64,000 bases of DNA from Verrucomicrobiales bacterium (lineage in GTDB: Bacteria; Verrucomicrobiota; Verrucomicrobiia; Verrucomicrobiales; V1-33), in contig JANOAV010000037.1 of the NCBI GenBank assembly GCA_031411295.1, forward strand, positions 1 through 64,000, given 5' to 3'. The stretch's first letter is position 1. Every line of letters starts with the position of its first letter. The notes below the pieces were generated by a model. The model made no database searches, was not told where the DNA came from, and saw only the letters and a program-made list of their open reading frames with translations. Positions 27,468-36,850 of this stretch are shown piece after piece. The translations under genes and the position numbers were made by a program.

Positions 27468-29018
27468 CTATTTTTCTTTCGTCGTGATGAATTTCCAATC
27501 GAAAGGGATGTCGAGAGTGGCGATGGGGTGGGTTACGATCAGTTGGGCATGTTTCAGCTGCGGATCTCCCGGCCAAAAACGAAACTCGCGGAAATTGCCC
27601 GTTTTCCAATGGGCCTTGCAGAGGGAATAGGATTGCTCCCAAGGGACGAGACTGGTTGGGGAAGTCCCCTGTATCAATTCGTCCTCCAATTGCAACCATA
27701 CCGTCAAATCCAAGCTATTCAGCGATGGGCGATTCCCCCAGCCATCCTTGTTTCCGTGGAACATCGGCAGCGGTTGCCATCTTTCCCATTCCAGTGACAG
27801 GAAGCACTGGCTATTAGGTTCGGGACCAACGAGCGGTCTGTCTTCGATTGGGTGCACCAGCACCTGATACCCTCTGACTTGAAACTGTCCGCCGATCAGA
27901 GGCGGGAGACGCCCGCAAACCTCGCGGGTTGCGATATGGAGTATACCCTCCATGCGCAAAGTTCCTTTTAATTCACTCAGGGGGCCGCTAACTACCACAG
28001 TTAACTGCGGAGGGGCGGACGCGTGCGTGGGGTTCTGCCATGCGATATGTAAGTTTACCGCCGAGGATGCTATGGGCGAATTTTCTAAGGATACGCGCCC
28101 GATCTTTGGGTTTCCGATGGTCCCCAGAACGCAATTCCCGAGTTCCGCGGGCGGGGTGAGCAGATAGCTGGCCCAAGATGACGAACATTCATTTGGCGTA
28201 TGCGGTTGGCCCACCCGGTTCACGCTGCCATTTCCAAAAAATTCCAAGAGGGCAGCGTTTGGGGTGGCTGGCGGTATTACCAAATTCACCGTGCCGCTTG
28301 CCTGATGAACCTTGACCCCCAGCCAACTGATCAAGAAAATCGGGATAGTAAAGAAAAGTGGCGTGAAACGGTTGATGGTAAATTTCCGAAACCACCAGCA
28401 ACCTGCCAGAGCCATTGCCCCCAGTAGGGCGATGGGAACATGGGCGGTCTGGAGGAAGGCCTTGGCCTGATGCCTTAACGAGATGTTCTTGACCGGCTGG
28501 TAGATAATTTCTGGCAGACTCAACGAACCCCAGACCCTGCCAGAGATCCAACCGACCGCGAGCACCAAGGGGAGCAGCCAGATCCAGCGACTCCCGAATG
28601 CTCTGGCCGCCAAGCCCCACCAAAAGGACAGCGCGGAAGCGGTGCCAAACACAATCAACGCTCGTGCCGCCTGTCCCAGTGAGTCGGGTGGGAAATCATG
28701 CCATGCCAAAAGAAAGAGGAAGCCCATCCAGGTGACCAAAGTCAACCCTACAGTTGCTCCCGCCCAAGGACGCAGATTTGATTTGGCCAGCCCCTTGAGG
28801 TCACCATCCCCAAGGCCATAGCCCGCACCCCAGGCACAGCAGAGCATCATGAAGCCACCGATGGCGCCAAGCGGGGCCAAAAATCGAGCCCGGTCACTGA
28901 CACTGCTATCCCACGCATCAACCATTCCACCCATCCATAGGCCCCATGCCAACAAAACCAAGTAAATGGCAATGAAGGAGCGATAGCGCCGCAGCACATG
29001 ACGGAGGGGAACGGACAT
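27468..29018 (-). CDS. hypothetical membrane protein
   Basis: About seven hydrophobic helices followed by a soluble domain; no family recognised. Confidence 0.6.
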   Translation of the reverse strand: MSVPLRHVLRRYRSFIAIYLVLLAWGLWMGGMVDAWDSSVSDRARFLAPLGAIGGFMMLCCAWGAGYGLGDGDLKGLAKSNLRPWAGATVGLTLVTWMGFLFLLAWHDFPPDSLGQAARALIVFGTASALSFWWGLAARAFGSRWIWLLPLVLAVGWISGRVWGSLSLPEIIYQPVKNISLRHQAKAFLQTAHVPIALLGAMALAGCWWFRKFTINRFTPLFFTIPIFLISWLGVKVHQASGTVNLVIPPATPNAALLEFFGNGSVNRVGQPHTPNECSSSWASYLLTPPAELGNCVLGTIGNPKIGRVSLENSPIASSAVNLHIAWQNPTHASAPPQLTVVVSGPLSELKGTLRMEGILHIATREVCGRLPPLIGGQFQVRGYQVLVHPIEDRPLVGPEPNSQCFLSLEWERWQPLPMFHGNKDGWGNRPSLNSLDLTVWLQLEDELIQGTSPTSLVPWEQSYSLCKAHWKTGNFREFRFWPGDPQLKHAQLIVTHPIATLDIPFDWKFITTKEK

Positions 29019-29155
29019 CTCGTGTTCTCGCAGTCAGAGAGCGGTTAAGTCAACGGAAATATCGGTTAGAAATTCACGGTCCACAGAACCGTGCAACGGC
29101 AGCATCAAGGGGAGGGTTCATCCTCCACAACCTTGCACGGATTTATTGTTAGCGG

Positions 29156-30703
29156 TCAGTCCATTTTACCCATTCTCTCACCGCGTAGGGGATGCCTGCT
29201 GCCAGTGATCGCGAGGCTTTGCTTAGGAATGGTGTAAATAAACGCCACGACGGATGAGGCGGTCATGCGGGCGTCGGAGCCGTAGCCGGCGTTATCGCGA
29301 TTCGGTTGATAGTAAAACGTGCCGTCATTGCATTGAGCCATCGTGAACCACCAGCGGTTGGCATCCATGAGTTTGCGGAAGTTGGCGGGATCCACGTTGG
29401 CGGCCAGGGCGGCGTAAGCCATGCCCATGATGGGAGAACCGTGGGTGTCAGGGAAACTTTGCGGATGCTGACCGATAACCTTCGAGTGCAGGAGCGCTTG
29501 CTTTTGGTAATTTCCATCCGCGTATGGACTAAGGAAGTTGGCGATGCCTGCTGCCCCCGTTCGACCCATGTCGGCCCATTCATCAGGCTCACCACCCAGC
29601 TTGTCGCCATACCAAACGTAGCCGTTCTCCGCTGTAGCCCGTTTGATGAAATCATAAGCCGCATCGTGCCGCACACGATCAATCTTGATGCCGCAGCGTT
29701 GCATGAGGGAGTAGGACAGCGCCCCTTGCGCTGTTATCATGGCGATGGGTCCGTAGCCTTCGAAGCCGGGATTGTGCCCCCAGCCACCATAGGAATCCTT
29801 GGGTCCCTTCGGATAGTCATCGGGGTGCGACTGTTTCGCCTTGGGATCGATTTGGGACATCTTGAGATACTGCCCTGCTGCCAGCAAATCATAGATTTTC
29901 TGCAACTCCGGCAGCACTTGAGTCTCTTTGGTGGCTAGGAAATATTCGCTCAGCACAATCGATGCTCCGGTGTAGGTCCAGTTCATCAAGCCATATTTCC
30001 GATCCTCTTTGGATACCTGTATGGCCTTGCGGAGGTAACTTAAATTACGCTTAACGGCAGGGAGATACTTTTTATCTCCGCTGCCGAGTAACGCCAGTGC
30101 CGAAAAGGTGTTGTGCACCGGATCACCAAACGATCCCTCTTGGTCTTGCTGCTTGGAAATGTAATCCAGTAGCTCTTTCAGAATCTTATCCGACTTGGGG
30201 CACTGAGCAGGAAAGGTGGGGGCGTAGCTGCCGTATTTCTTACCGATGTCGAGATCCACCGTCATCGTCTGCTCGCCTCGCTGCACCATGAGCGAGAGCT
30301 TCCCTGAATCGCCCTGACAAGCCTCCAGAAACTCCGCCAACTCCGACACCGGACCGTCTCCGCCAAATTTATCCATGCCATAGCCGTCGCGATGCTCATG
30401 CTGGAACAACTTTCCATTGGCTCCGATGATCTTGTCTTTGATGTTGATCAGTTTGCTGGCCGGTGTCTTTGGAAAGACATAGCGCACCAGCAAGGCTTTG
30501 GGTGCATCCGGCACCAACTCGGCCCGCAAGCCGGTGAGCCCAAGATTGTAATACCAGCCGGGAACTTCCGCATCCGGGCCCGAGTCGGCTCGTTCGCTCC
30601 AAGGCTGATTTCCCTCATAATCGACTTGGCCCATCAGAGGCGCGGAGAGAAAGGCTAGCAGCGCGCAAGCAAAGCCCCCGCACGTGGAGGGCGACGTTAG
30701 GAG
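29156..30703 (-). CDS. DUF6288-like secreted protein (PDZ-like + alpha/alpha-toroid-like), 3' part; 5' end split off by IS110
   Basis: WYYNLGLTGLRA, PDZ-like segment, QQDQEGSF and GGWGH repeats. The native N-terminus lies at 32441-32548. Confidence 0.7.
   Translation of the reverse strand, partial: LLTSPSTCGGFACALLAFLSAPLMGQVDYEGNQPWSERADSGPDAEVPGWYYNLGLTGLRAELVPDAPKALLVRYVFPKTPASKLINIKDKIIGANGKLFQHEHRDGYGMDKFGGDGPVSELAEFLEACQGDSGKLSLMVQRGEQTMTVDLDIGKKYGSYAPTFPAQCPKSDKILKELLDYISKQQDQEGSFGDPVHNTFSALALLGSGDKKYLPAVKRNLSYLRKAIQVSKEDRKYGLMNWTYTGASIVLSEYFLATKETQVLPELQKIYDLLAAGQYLKMSQIDPKAKQSHPDDYPKGPKDSYGGWGHNPGFEGYGPIAMITAQGALSYSLMQRCGIKIDRVRHDAAYDFIKRATAENGYVWYGDKLGGEPDEWADMGRTGAAGIANFLSPYADGNYQKQALLHSKVIGQHPQSFPDTHGSPIMGMAYAALAANVDPANFRKLMDANRWWFTMAQCNDGTFYYQPNRDNAGYGSDARMTASSVVAFIYTIPKQSLAITGSRHPLRGERMGKMD
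30683..30703. repeat. left arm of the REP doublet targeted by IS110
   Basis: cgtggagggcgacgttaggag is complementary to ctcgttacctcgccctccacg at 32484-32504. Confidence 0.85.
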
Positions 30704-30779
30704 CGTCCAACAGCCGCGGCTTTGTTTTGTGGCAGTAACTTTGGGTAGGGCCGATTGGCTCAGCCGCATGGATGCTTTG

Positions 30780-31000
30780 TGCTGGCGTCAGGACGCACCT
30801 TCTGTCATCGTGGGGGGCAGCGCTCAGCGTGCAGTTAAGACCGTATCGTCACTGGTGCCTTGTGCCCGTTTAGGAGCTTGGTTCTGACCTCCGCGAGTTC
30901 TTTTTGGTGAGGCCCTCTCGATGATTCGGGGGGCGCTATCCCGTTGAGGAGATTGCTATTTCCCATCGCAGGTCGGGCCGTTGGGCGCTGTTTTTTCCTA
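30780..31000 (+). ncRNA. putative bridge RNA in the IS110 left end (ends approximate)
   Basis: CCCGT-TTAGGAG (30865-30876) matches the left target. CCCGT-TGAGGAG (30940-30951) matches the left donor. Confidence 0.75.
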
Positions 31001-31008
31001 CTCCATCC

Positions 31009-32418
31009 ATGCCCAAACGCCCAAAATCCAAAAAAGTCCGTCTCTTGTTAGCCCAGCAAATTCACCCTCATTCCGCTGGGATCGATATTTCCGCCATGGA
31101 AATGGTCGTCGCTGTCCCGCCGGATCAAACCAATGAGCCCGTGCGCACGTTCGGCCCCACCACATCTGATCTGGAGGCGCTGCGGGATCATTTGTTGCTT
31201 CATGAAATCAAGACCGTCGCCATGGAAAGCACCGGATTATATTGGGTGCCGTTGTATGATGTTTTGGAAAAGGCGGGCATCGAAGTCTGTCTCGTCAATG
31301 CACGGCACGTCAAAAATGTGCCTGGGCGCAAGACGGATGTAGTCGATGCGCAGTGGCTACAGCAACTTCACACGGCGGGCTTACTGCGCAGTGGATTTCG
31401 CCCGCCGCAAGAGATCCGACGCCTGCGGGATTTGATGCGCGAGCGGGCGGATTTGATGTCGCAGAGCAGTCATCAGATCCTGATGATGCAACGTTGCTTT
31501 GACCAAATGAATATCCTGTTACACCGCGTCCTGAGCGACCTGGATGGAGCGAGCGGCCTGCGCATCATTGAAGCCATCTTAGCGGGTGAGCGTTGCCCAA
31601 AGGCGTTAGAGAAATTGCGTGATAAGAGCTGCAAAACGCCCAAGGCCGAAGTCATCAAAGCCCTGACGGGCAATTGGGATGCGGATTGCGTGGCGCGCCT
31701 GGACCGAGCGCATAAACTATGGCTGACGATCCGCCAGCAAATGCAGGCCGTGGGCGAGCGCATCCAGCAAGTGATCGCAGCGCTGGAAACGCCGCTCAGC
31801 GAGCGAGGCGAACTGGTCAGCCAGCAGAGCGCTGCGGCCGGGCGGACCATCATGCTCAAAGCCGCCAAGCCAAAAGCGAGACAAAGCTTTGGCAAAAATC
31901 AGTTAGACTTGGATGTGCGCAGCGAGGGGGTGCGATTATTTGGGGTGGATCTGAGCGTCGTGCCGGGAATATCGCACGCGATCATAGCGCTCCTGATGAG
32001 TGAAGTGGGCACGGCGGCGCATTTCAAAGCGAGCTTTGGCACGAGCAAGCAATTCGCCTCATGGTTAGGGCTGTGTCCAGATAATCGGGTGAGCGGAGGG
32101 AAGATATTGGGGAGCAAAACCCGACATGTGAAGCATCGACTGGCGGAAGGATTTCGGCTCGGAGCGTTTGGGATGTGGCGCAGCAAAAGCGTGCTCGGAG
32201 AATATTGTCGCAAAATGAAAGGACGGCTTGGCAAAGCAGAGGGAATCACAGCGACAGCCCATAAGCTAGCGCGCATCGTTTATAAGATGATCAGCGAGGG
32301 GGTAAGCTACGATGAAGACCTCCTTGGGGAGCAAAATCCGGCTGCTTTGGCTAGGAAATTCAAGAATGTCCAAAAACGTGCTGAATCCCTTGGTTATCAA
32401 CTAGTTAAGGTCGCGTAA
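31009..32418 (+). CDS. IS110-family DEDD recombinase/transposase
   Basis: GIDIS, AMESTG, GRKTDVVDA (DEDD); FASWLGLCP...SGGK (catalytic Ser); ATAHKLARIVY. Confidence 0.96.
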   Translation: MPKRPKSKKVRLLLAQQIHPHSAGIDISAMEMVVAVPPDQTNEPVRTFGPTTSDLEALRDHLLLHEIKTVAMESTGLYWVPLYDVLEKAGIEVCLVNARHVKNVPGRKTDVVDAQWLQQLHTAGLLRSGFRPPQEIRRLRDLMRERADLMSQSSHQILMMQRCFDQMNILLHRVLSDLDGASGLRIIEAILAGERCPKALEKLRDKSCKTPKAEVIKALTGNWDADCVARLDRAHKLWLTIRQQMQAVGERIQQVIAALETPLSERGELVSQQSAAAGRTIMLKAAKPKARQSFGKNQLDLDVRSEGVRLFGVDLSVVPGISHAIIALLMSEVGTAAHFKASFGTSKQFASWLGLCPDNRVSGGKILGSKTRHVKHRLAEGFRLGAFGMWRSKSVLGEYCRKMKGRLGKAEGITATAHKLARIVYKMISEGVSYDEDLLGEQNPAALARKFKNVQKRAESLGYQLVKVA

Positions 32419-32440
32419 CCCCTTTCATGTTACTGAGGAG

Positions 32441-32548
32441 ACCAGCGCCCCGAATCGCTGCGGCCGCTATCCCTGATGCTTGTCTCGTTACCTCGCCCTC
32501 CACGAGGGTTGCTCCAAACGTGCTAGTGGATTTCTGGGATGGATTCAT
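32441..32548 (-). pseudogene. displaced 5' fragment of the DUF6288-like gene, containing the right REP arm
   Basis: ATG at 32548 gives MNPSQKSTSTFGATLVEGEVTRQASGIAAAAIRGAG, which joins in frame to LLTSPSTCGG when the IS is removed. Confidence 0.8.
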
Positions 32549-32554
32549 AGGAAA

Positions 32555-33886
32555 TTATTTATTGCTAGGAGGAATGGTTAATTCATCGGTCGTGGGATCC
32601 GCGCGGACGAGGCCGATGGAATTCTTGGCACTGACTTTGACATCGTAGGCCCCTGCGGGCAGGGCCGGAAGTTTATCGGCCGGGAGTTTCCAGGTGCCGT
32701 CGAGATTGTCCACGCCTGGGTAAACTTTGCCGTCGATCTCGATGGAGAGGCTCTCCGTAACACAGCCCACTGTGCCCGTGAGATCGGCTGGTCGGCTGCT
32801 CGTCATGGTGAGTTTGTTCACGGTGACATCCGGCGGGAGGCGATCAAATTTGAATTTGCCCAACTCGAAACCGATCTTGAATTTTCGAGCCTCCAGGACT
32901 TCTCGCACGCGAGGGATTAACCGTGCGGCGTTCCAATAATAGAGATCATTCAAGACGGTATCCGGTAGCTTGAATCCCTCCATTTGAGGTCCGTTGTGCA
33001 CCCCATTGATCACTTGATCGGTTTCAAGCACCTTGCGCTCTTTCAGAAACGCCAAACCATTGGCACCGGCTGCGAAAACATCGGAGCCGAACAAAATGCG
33101 ATCACAGTATTTAATGTAAAATTCCCTGGCCTTGCTCACGGTGTAGTTGTCCGGTTGCCGAGCGTTGTGCACGAAGGCGACATCGACGAACACATTCGGA
33201 AAGCGATCAAAGATGCCAGCCAACTTAGTCATGCCCGCATCGCTTTGCAGCATGAAGAGCCCATGGGCAAAGATGAAGGTTGTTTGCGGGTGGGCCTTTA
33301 CTATTTCTATAGTATCATCTTCGAACTTAGGAAATGCCGCGCTGTCGCCTTTGGCATTCCCAGGGTCGCCTGTGTGGTAGCCCACGAGCGGCATCCCCTG
33401 GCGTCCGGCTTCATCGAGTTGCTCGTGGATCTGCGGGATTTTGCTGGTTAGGATAGCACCGTGCGGCCACAATTTTAGGCCAACAAAGCCCTGTTCCTTG
33501 AAACTTTTGATTTCATCCACCGCCCACCAGATGCCCTCTTTTGGAATCGTGAACGCGCCCGGGACAAAGAGAATCCGGTCATCCAGTTGCTCCTTCACAT
33601 AGACCATGTCATTGCCGGGAATCTGGCGGACACTGGTTGGGCTGGCATTCTTGTCGTTGTTGTCTTTCACCCAGAATAATCCCGCCAGGGAAATGCTGAT
33701 GGTTCCGCCCCATTGATCCATCGCCTCCACGCATTTGGCATACTGCGTCTTCGCATCCATGTGCGTGTGCATGTCCACCCGAGGCATGGCGGAGGGCGGG
33801 TAAACCGTCTGCTGATCCGCTGGGGCGAAGGTTGTCAGCGTAAACAGCAGGACGCACCCTGCGCCTGTTCGTTGTGCTAGATTCAT
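32555..33886 (-). CDS. amidohydrolase-family protein with C-terminal Ig-like domain
   Basis: Signal peptide, VDMHTH, GLKL, FIFAH, DRILFGSD, NAARL. Confidence 0.85.
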   Translation of the reverse strand: MNLAQRTGAGCVLLFTLTTFAPADQQTVYPPSAMPRVDMHTHMDAKTQYAKCVEAMDQWGGTISISLAGLFWVKDNNDKNASPTSVRQIPGNDMVYVKEQLDDRILFVPGAFTIPKEGIWWAVDEIKSFKEQGFVGLKLWPHGAILTSKIPQIHEQLDEAGRQGMPLVGYHTGDPGNAKGDSAAFPKFEDDTIEIVKAHPQTTFIFAHGLFMLQSDAGMTKLAGIFDRFPNVFVDVAFVHNARQPDNYTVSKAREFYIKYCDRILFGSDVFAAGANGLAFLKERKVLETDQVINGVHNGPQMEGFKLPDTVLNDLYYWNAARLIPRVREVLEARKFKIGFELGKFKFDRLPPDVTVNKLTMTSSRPADLTGTVGCVTESLSIEIDGKVYPGVDNLDGTWKLPADKLPALPAGAYDVKVSAKNSIGLVRADPTTDELTIPPSNK

Positions 33887-35082
33887 GGTTTTGGCTTAGC
33901 TCCTAAAAGAGGCTTCATCGCTTCCGCCAGACTGAATCCCACCAGGCCAATGACCCGCGCACTGCCATAATAATGACACCCCCAGTCGCAAACATGCTTG
34001 TCGGCTGCTTTCTTGATCTTTTTGTAGGCACTGTCGCTCTTCTTTGCTTTCTCCACGGCCTCGTTGATCAAGGATTCCATCTTGTCAGGATCCTTGATCT
34101 CCGGCTTGCCCTTCATTTTCCGATTTATCCGCTCCTCCGCCTCGCTTCTGAGCCGCTCATCCTCCGCGTCCAATCCTTCTCCCAGCGTCGTCAACTCCGG
34201 ATACCAGAATGGCGCGGTGCGCACATAGCCCAGTGTTCCTTTCAATTCCGGACTGGAGGCGATCTTCGCCTGCGCAGCCCTGAATTTCATCATCGTCTCG
34301 TCTGCTTTCTCGCCATTCACTCCTAACTCACCGATGACTACTGGCAGATTGGGTTGCTTGAATTCAGCGCGCAGATCCTGGATCAAATGGACGAAATTCG
34401 GGCAGTATTCATCAAACACCTTCTGTTGGATATCCTCGTCCGCGCACATGTCATTCCAGCCTTGGAACCAGACGAACCCACAGAGTTCCGGCGTCGCTCC
34501 CTTGAGTGATGGGAAATCTTTACCGATGTCCTCCAGGCATTCACGCACTTCCTTGACCATCTTACGATACGATGCGCCAATTTCCTCCGGTTGCAGTCCG
34601 GTGTCGTAGGCTGCTTTGCCGGCACTGGGCGGCCGGAAGTTGCCATAGAGGCTATGGCCGCCCCAGCAGGTCTTGATGAGCAGCACAGGCTCTTTAAAAT
34701 GGTCACCCATTTCAATCCCAAACATCAACTCCGGACCAAACGAACCTTCCCCATTGGCTCCCATTCCCACCGATAGGGGTCGGGTGATTTTTTCATCCTC
34801 CTTCTTATAAGAAACAAACACATCACGGCGCACCACGAAGGTTCCGTCGGGTTTCTTGATCTTCTTCAATAAATCGCCATGCGTGGGGTGCTCGCCCAAG
34901 CGGTCCAACGTCTGCACTCCCGCATGACCTTCCATGTTGGATTGTCCAGCGAGGATAAAGACCTTCACAGGTCCCTTGAACGCTGGTTGCTGCGGCTTGC
35001 CTGTTGTTGGCTGGGCTTGCAAGGAAGCTGCCATCCAAGCCATAGCGATGGCGATGAGGGGTCTGATCGTTTTATATTTCAT
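33883..35082 (-). CDS. sialate O-acetylesterase-like (SASA/DUF303, SGNH) protein
   Basis: VFILAGQSNMEG, FGPELMFG, WFQGWND, CHY. Confidence 0.88.
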   Translation of the reverse strand: MKYKTIRPLIAIAMAWMAASLQAQPTTGKPQQPAFKGPVKVFILAGQSNMEGHAGVQTLDRLGEHPTHGDLLKKIKKPDGTFVVRRDVFVSYKKEDEKITRPLSVGMGANGEGSFGPELMFGIEMGDHFKEPVLLIKTCWGGHSLYGNFRPPSAGKAAYDTGLQPEEIGASYRKMVKEVRECLEDIGKDFPSLKGATPELCGFVWFQGWNDMCADEDIQQKVFDEYCPNFVHLIQDLRAEFKQPNLPVVIGELGVNGEKADETMMKFRAAQAKIASSPELKGTLGYVRTAPFWYPELTTLGEGLDAEDERLRSEAEERINRKMKGKPEIKDPDKMESLINEAVEKAKKSDSAYKKIKKAADKHVCDWGCHYYGSARVIGLVGFSLAEAMKPLLGAKPKP

Positions 35083-35108
35083 AGGATTTTATGGGTAAAT
35101 TGGGGGAG

Positions 35109-36662
35109 TTAGAGTTCCGGTTGTGGAGAGCTTAGGGGCGCGCTCCGGCCAGTGGCCTTGCTTGCTTCGAGCAGTGCCTTCAGCTTCTTCGCCATTTCCG
35201 GTTCCTTGAAATAAAGGTTCGTGGTTTCACCCGGATCCGTATCCAGATTGTAAAGTTGGCCGGGGGCGGTGGGTTCGGTGTCAGTTAGGGCGAATGGGAC
35301 CAATTCACCTTTCTCATAACTGTTTCCCCCAGAACCTTTATGATCCAGATACTTCCATGGGCCTTGGCGAATGGCTAGCGCCAGGCTGATGGTCTGGTGC
35401 AATGTGTAATCTCTGATGGGCTTCCCACCGTCTTCTCCGAGCAGCACCGGAAGAATATTGTAACTGTCCTCCGCCGCATTGTCGGGGAGTTTCACGCCAG
35501 TGATTTTGGCGCAGGTGGCCATGATGTCCGTGAGGCAAATCGTCTGGTTGGTTGTGCTCCCTGGCGCGATGTTTCCCTTCCACCGCGCAATGAACGGCAC
35601 GCGATGGCCGCCTTCCCAATCATCCCGCTTCACACCACGCCACGGGCGCGCGCCATCGTGGCCGAAGTCAGCCCGCATATGAACAGCGGTGGTGGTCTCC
35701 GGACCGTTGTCGCTAGTGAAGATGACCAGCGTGTTGTCCGCCACGCCAAGTTGTTCCAGGGTCTTCATGAGTTCCCCCACAACGTAGTCGAGTTCATTGA
35801 TGAAATCTCCGTGCGGTCCGGCCTTCGTGCTTCCCTTGAATTTGGCGGAAGCAAATGATGGTAGATGCGCGGCATGGGTTGCGTGCATTAGAAAGAACGG
35901 TTTCGCTGGAGTCTGCTTATGATGTGTCTCCAGAAACTCGCGGCTTTTGCTCAGGAAGAGCATGTCCACTTCTTCGAGATCAAAATCCGGGGCAATCATG
36001 CCCATGCGATTGTCGTCGGCGTAAGGATGCTTGGGGAGATGTGATTTATCCAACATTTTTGTAGGTGGCACGGGGATGCGATCCCCATCAATGAAGGCAT
36101 AAATAAAATCCGTCCCTGGACAGCAAACCGTGCCAAAGAAGCGATCGAACCCACGATGAATCGGGGAGTCTGGAATGGCTCGTGAGTAGTCGATGAGCTT
36201 CACCCCTTCCACTCCGTCCTTGGTGATGCGTTGGCCGTCTTTATCCAGAAAACTCATGCCTACGTGCCACTTACCAAAGAGGGCGGTGGCGTAACCACGG
36301 TCACGCAACATTTGCGGCAGCGAGAGCTGGTTCTCCTTGATCAAACAAGGTCCGCCCACGCCCGCAAAGACACTGCGATAGTTAATACGAAACGCCATCT
36401 TGCCCGTGAGCAGACTGTAGCGCGTGGGCGTGCAGACGGTGGATGGCGAATGGGCATCGGTAAACCGCATGCCTTCGCGAGCGAGTTTATCGATGTTAGG
36501 TGTGGGAACCTTGGATTCCGAATTGTAACATGCGACATCGCCATAACCGAGGTCGTCGGCTAGGATCACCAGGATGTTAGGCTGAGGTGAATCGGCAGCA
36601 GAGAGATTCGCAGGTGACAACAGCAGGGCGAGGAGCGCAGAGGAAGCTAAGAAGGGTTTCAT
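35109..36662 (-). CDS. formylglycine-dependent sulfatase (S1 family)
   Basis: PNILVILADDLGYGD, CTPTR, GKWH, TSDNG, EGGHRVP. Confidence 0.95.
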   Translation of the reverse strand: MKPFLASSALLALLLSPANLSAADSPQPNILVILADDLGYGDVACYNSESKVPTPNIDKLAREGMRFTDAHSPSTVCTPTRYSLLTGKMAFRINYRSVFAGVGGPCLIKENQLSLPQMLRDRGYATALFGKWHVGMSFLDKDGQRITKDGVEGVKLIDYSRAIPDSPIHRGFDRFFGTVCCPGTDFIYAFIDGDRIPVPPTKMLDKSHLPKHPYADDNRMGMIAPDFDLEEVDMLFLSKSREFLETHHKQTPAKPFFLMHATHAAHLPSFASAKFKGSTKAGPHGDFINELDYVVGELMKTLEQLGVADNTLVIFTSDNGPETTTAVHMRADFGHDGARPWRGVKRDDWEGGHRVPFIARWKGNIAPGSTTNQTICLTDIMATCAKITGVKLPDNAAEDSYNILPVLLGEDGGKPIRDYTLHQTISLALAIRQGPWKYLDHKGSGGNSYEKGELVPFALTDTEPTAPGQLYNLDTDPGETTNLYFKEPEMAKKLKALLEASKATGRSAPLSSPQPEL

Positions 36663-36850
36663 GAAGCAAGGGAAGGTGGGAACAGACAGCTTAGCATGCC
36701 TTCTGGTCGTTGTCGGCTATTCTGGCAACAAATTCTGCAATATTTCCCGGCCCCCTAAACCTGATTTTGGAGAGATGAGCTTCAAGCGGTTTGGTTCGGG
36801 CGGGCGGATCCGACTTTGACAACTGCCCTATTTTTGATGTAGGCATCCCC

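Larger units (their letters stand above)
30704..32440 (+). mobile_element. IS110-family insertion sequence (~1737 bp)
   Basis: AGGAG occurs at both junctions (30699-30703 and 32436-32440), with no terminal inverted repeats. Removing the element restores both a palindrome and a reading frame. Confidence 0.92.

Noticed and set aside
27292..27699. 136-aa N-terminal extension of the GspE/PilB ATPase
   Set aside because: It overlaps the upstream gene and has no recognisable features. ATG 27291 is more plausible.
30704..30769. ORF-track start (30769) as the native start of the DUF6288-like gene
   Set aside because: It lies inside the IS110 left end. The native start reconstructs to 32548.
30699..32440. 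AGGAG as a classical target-site duplication
   Set aside because: IS110 elements recombine conservatively. The shared bases are better explained as core plus donor/target similarity, which leaves the exact boundary ambiguous by a few bases.
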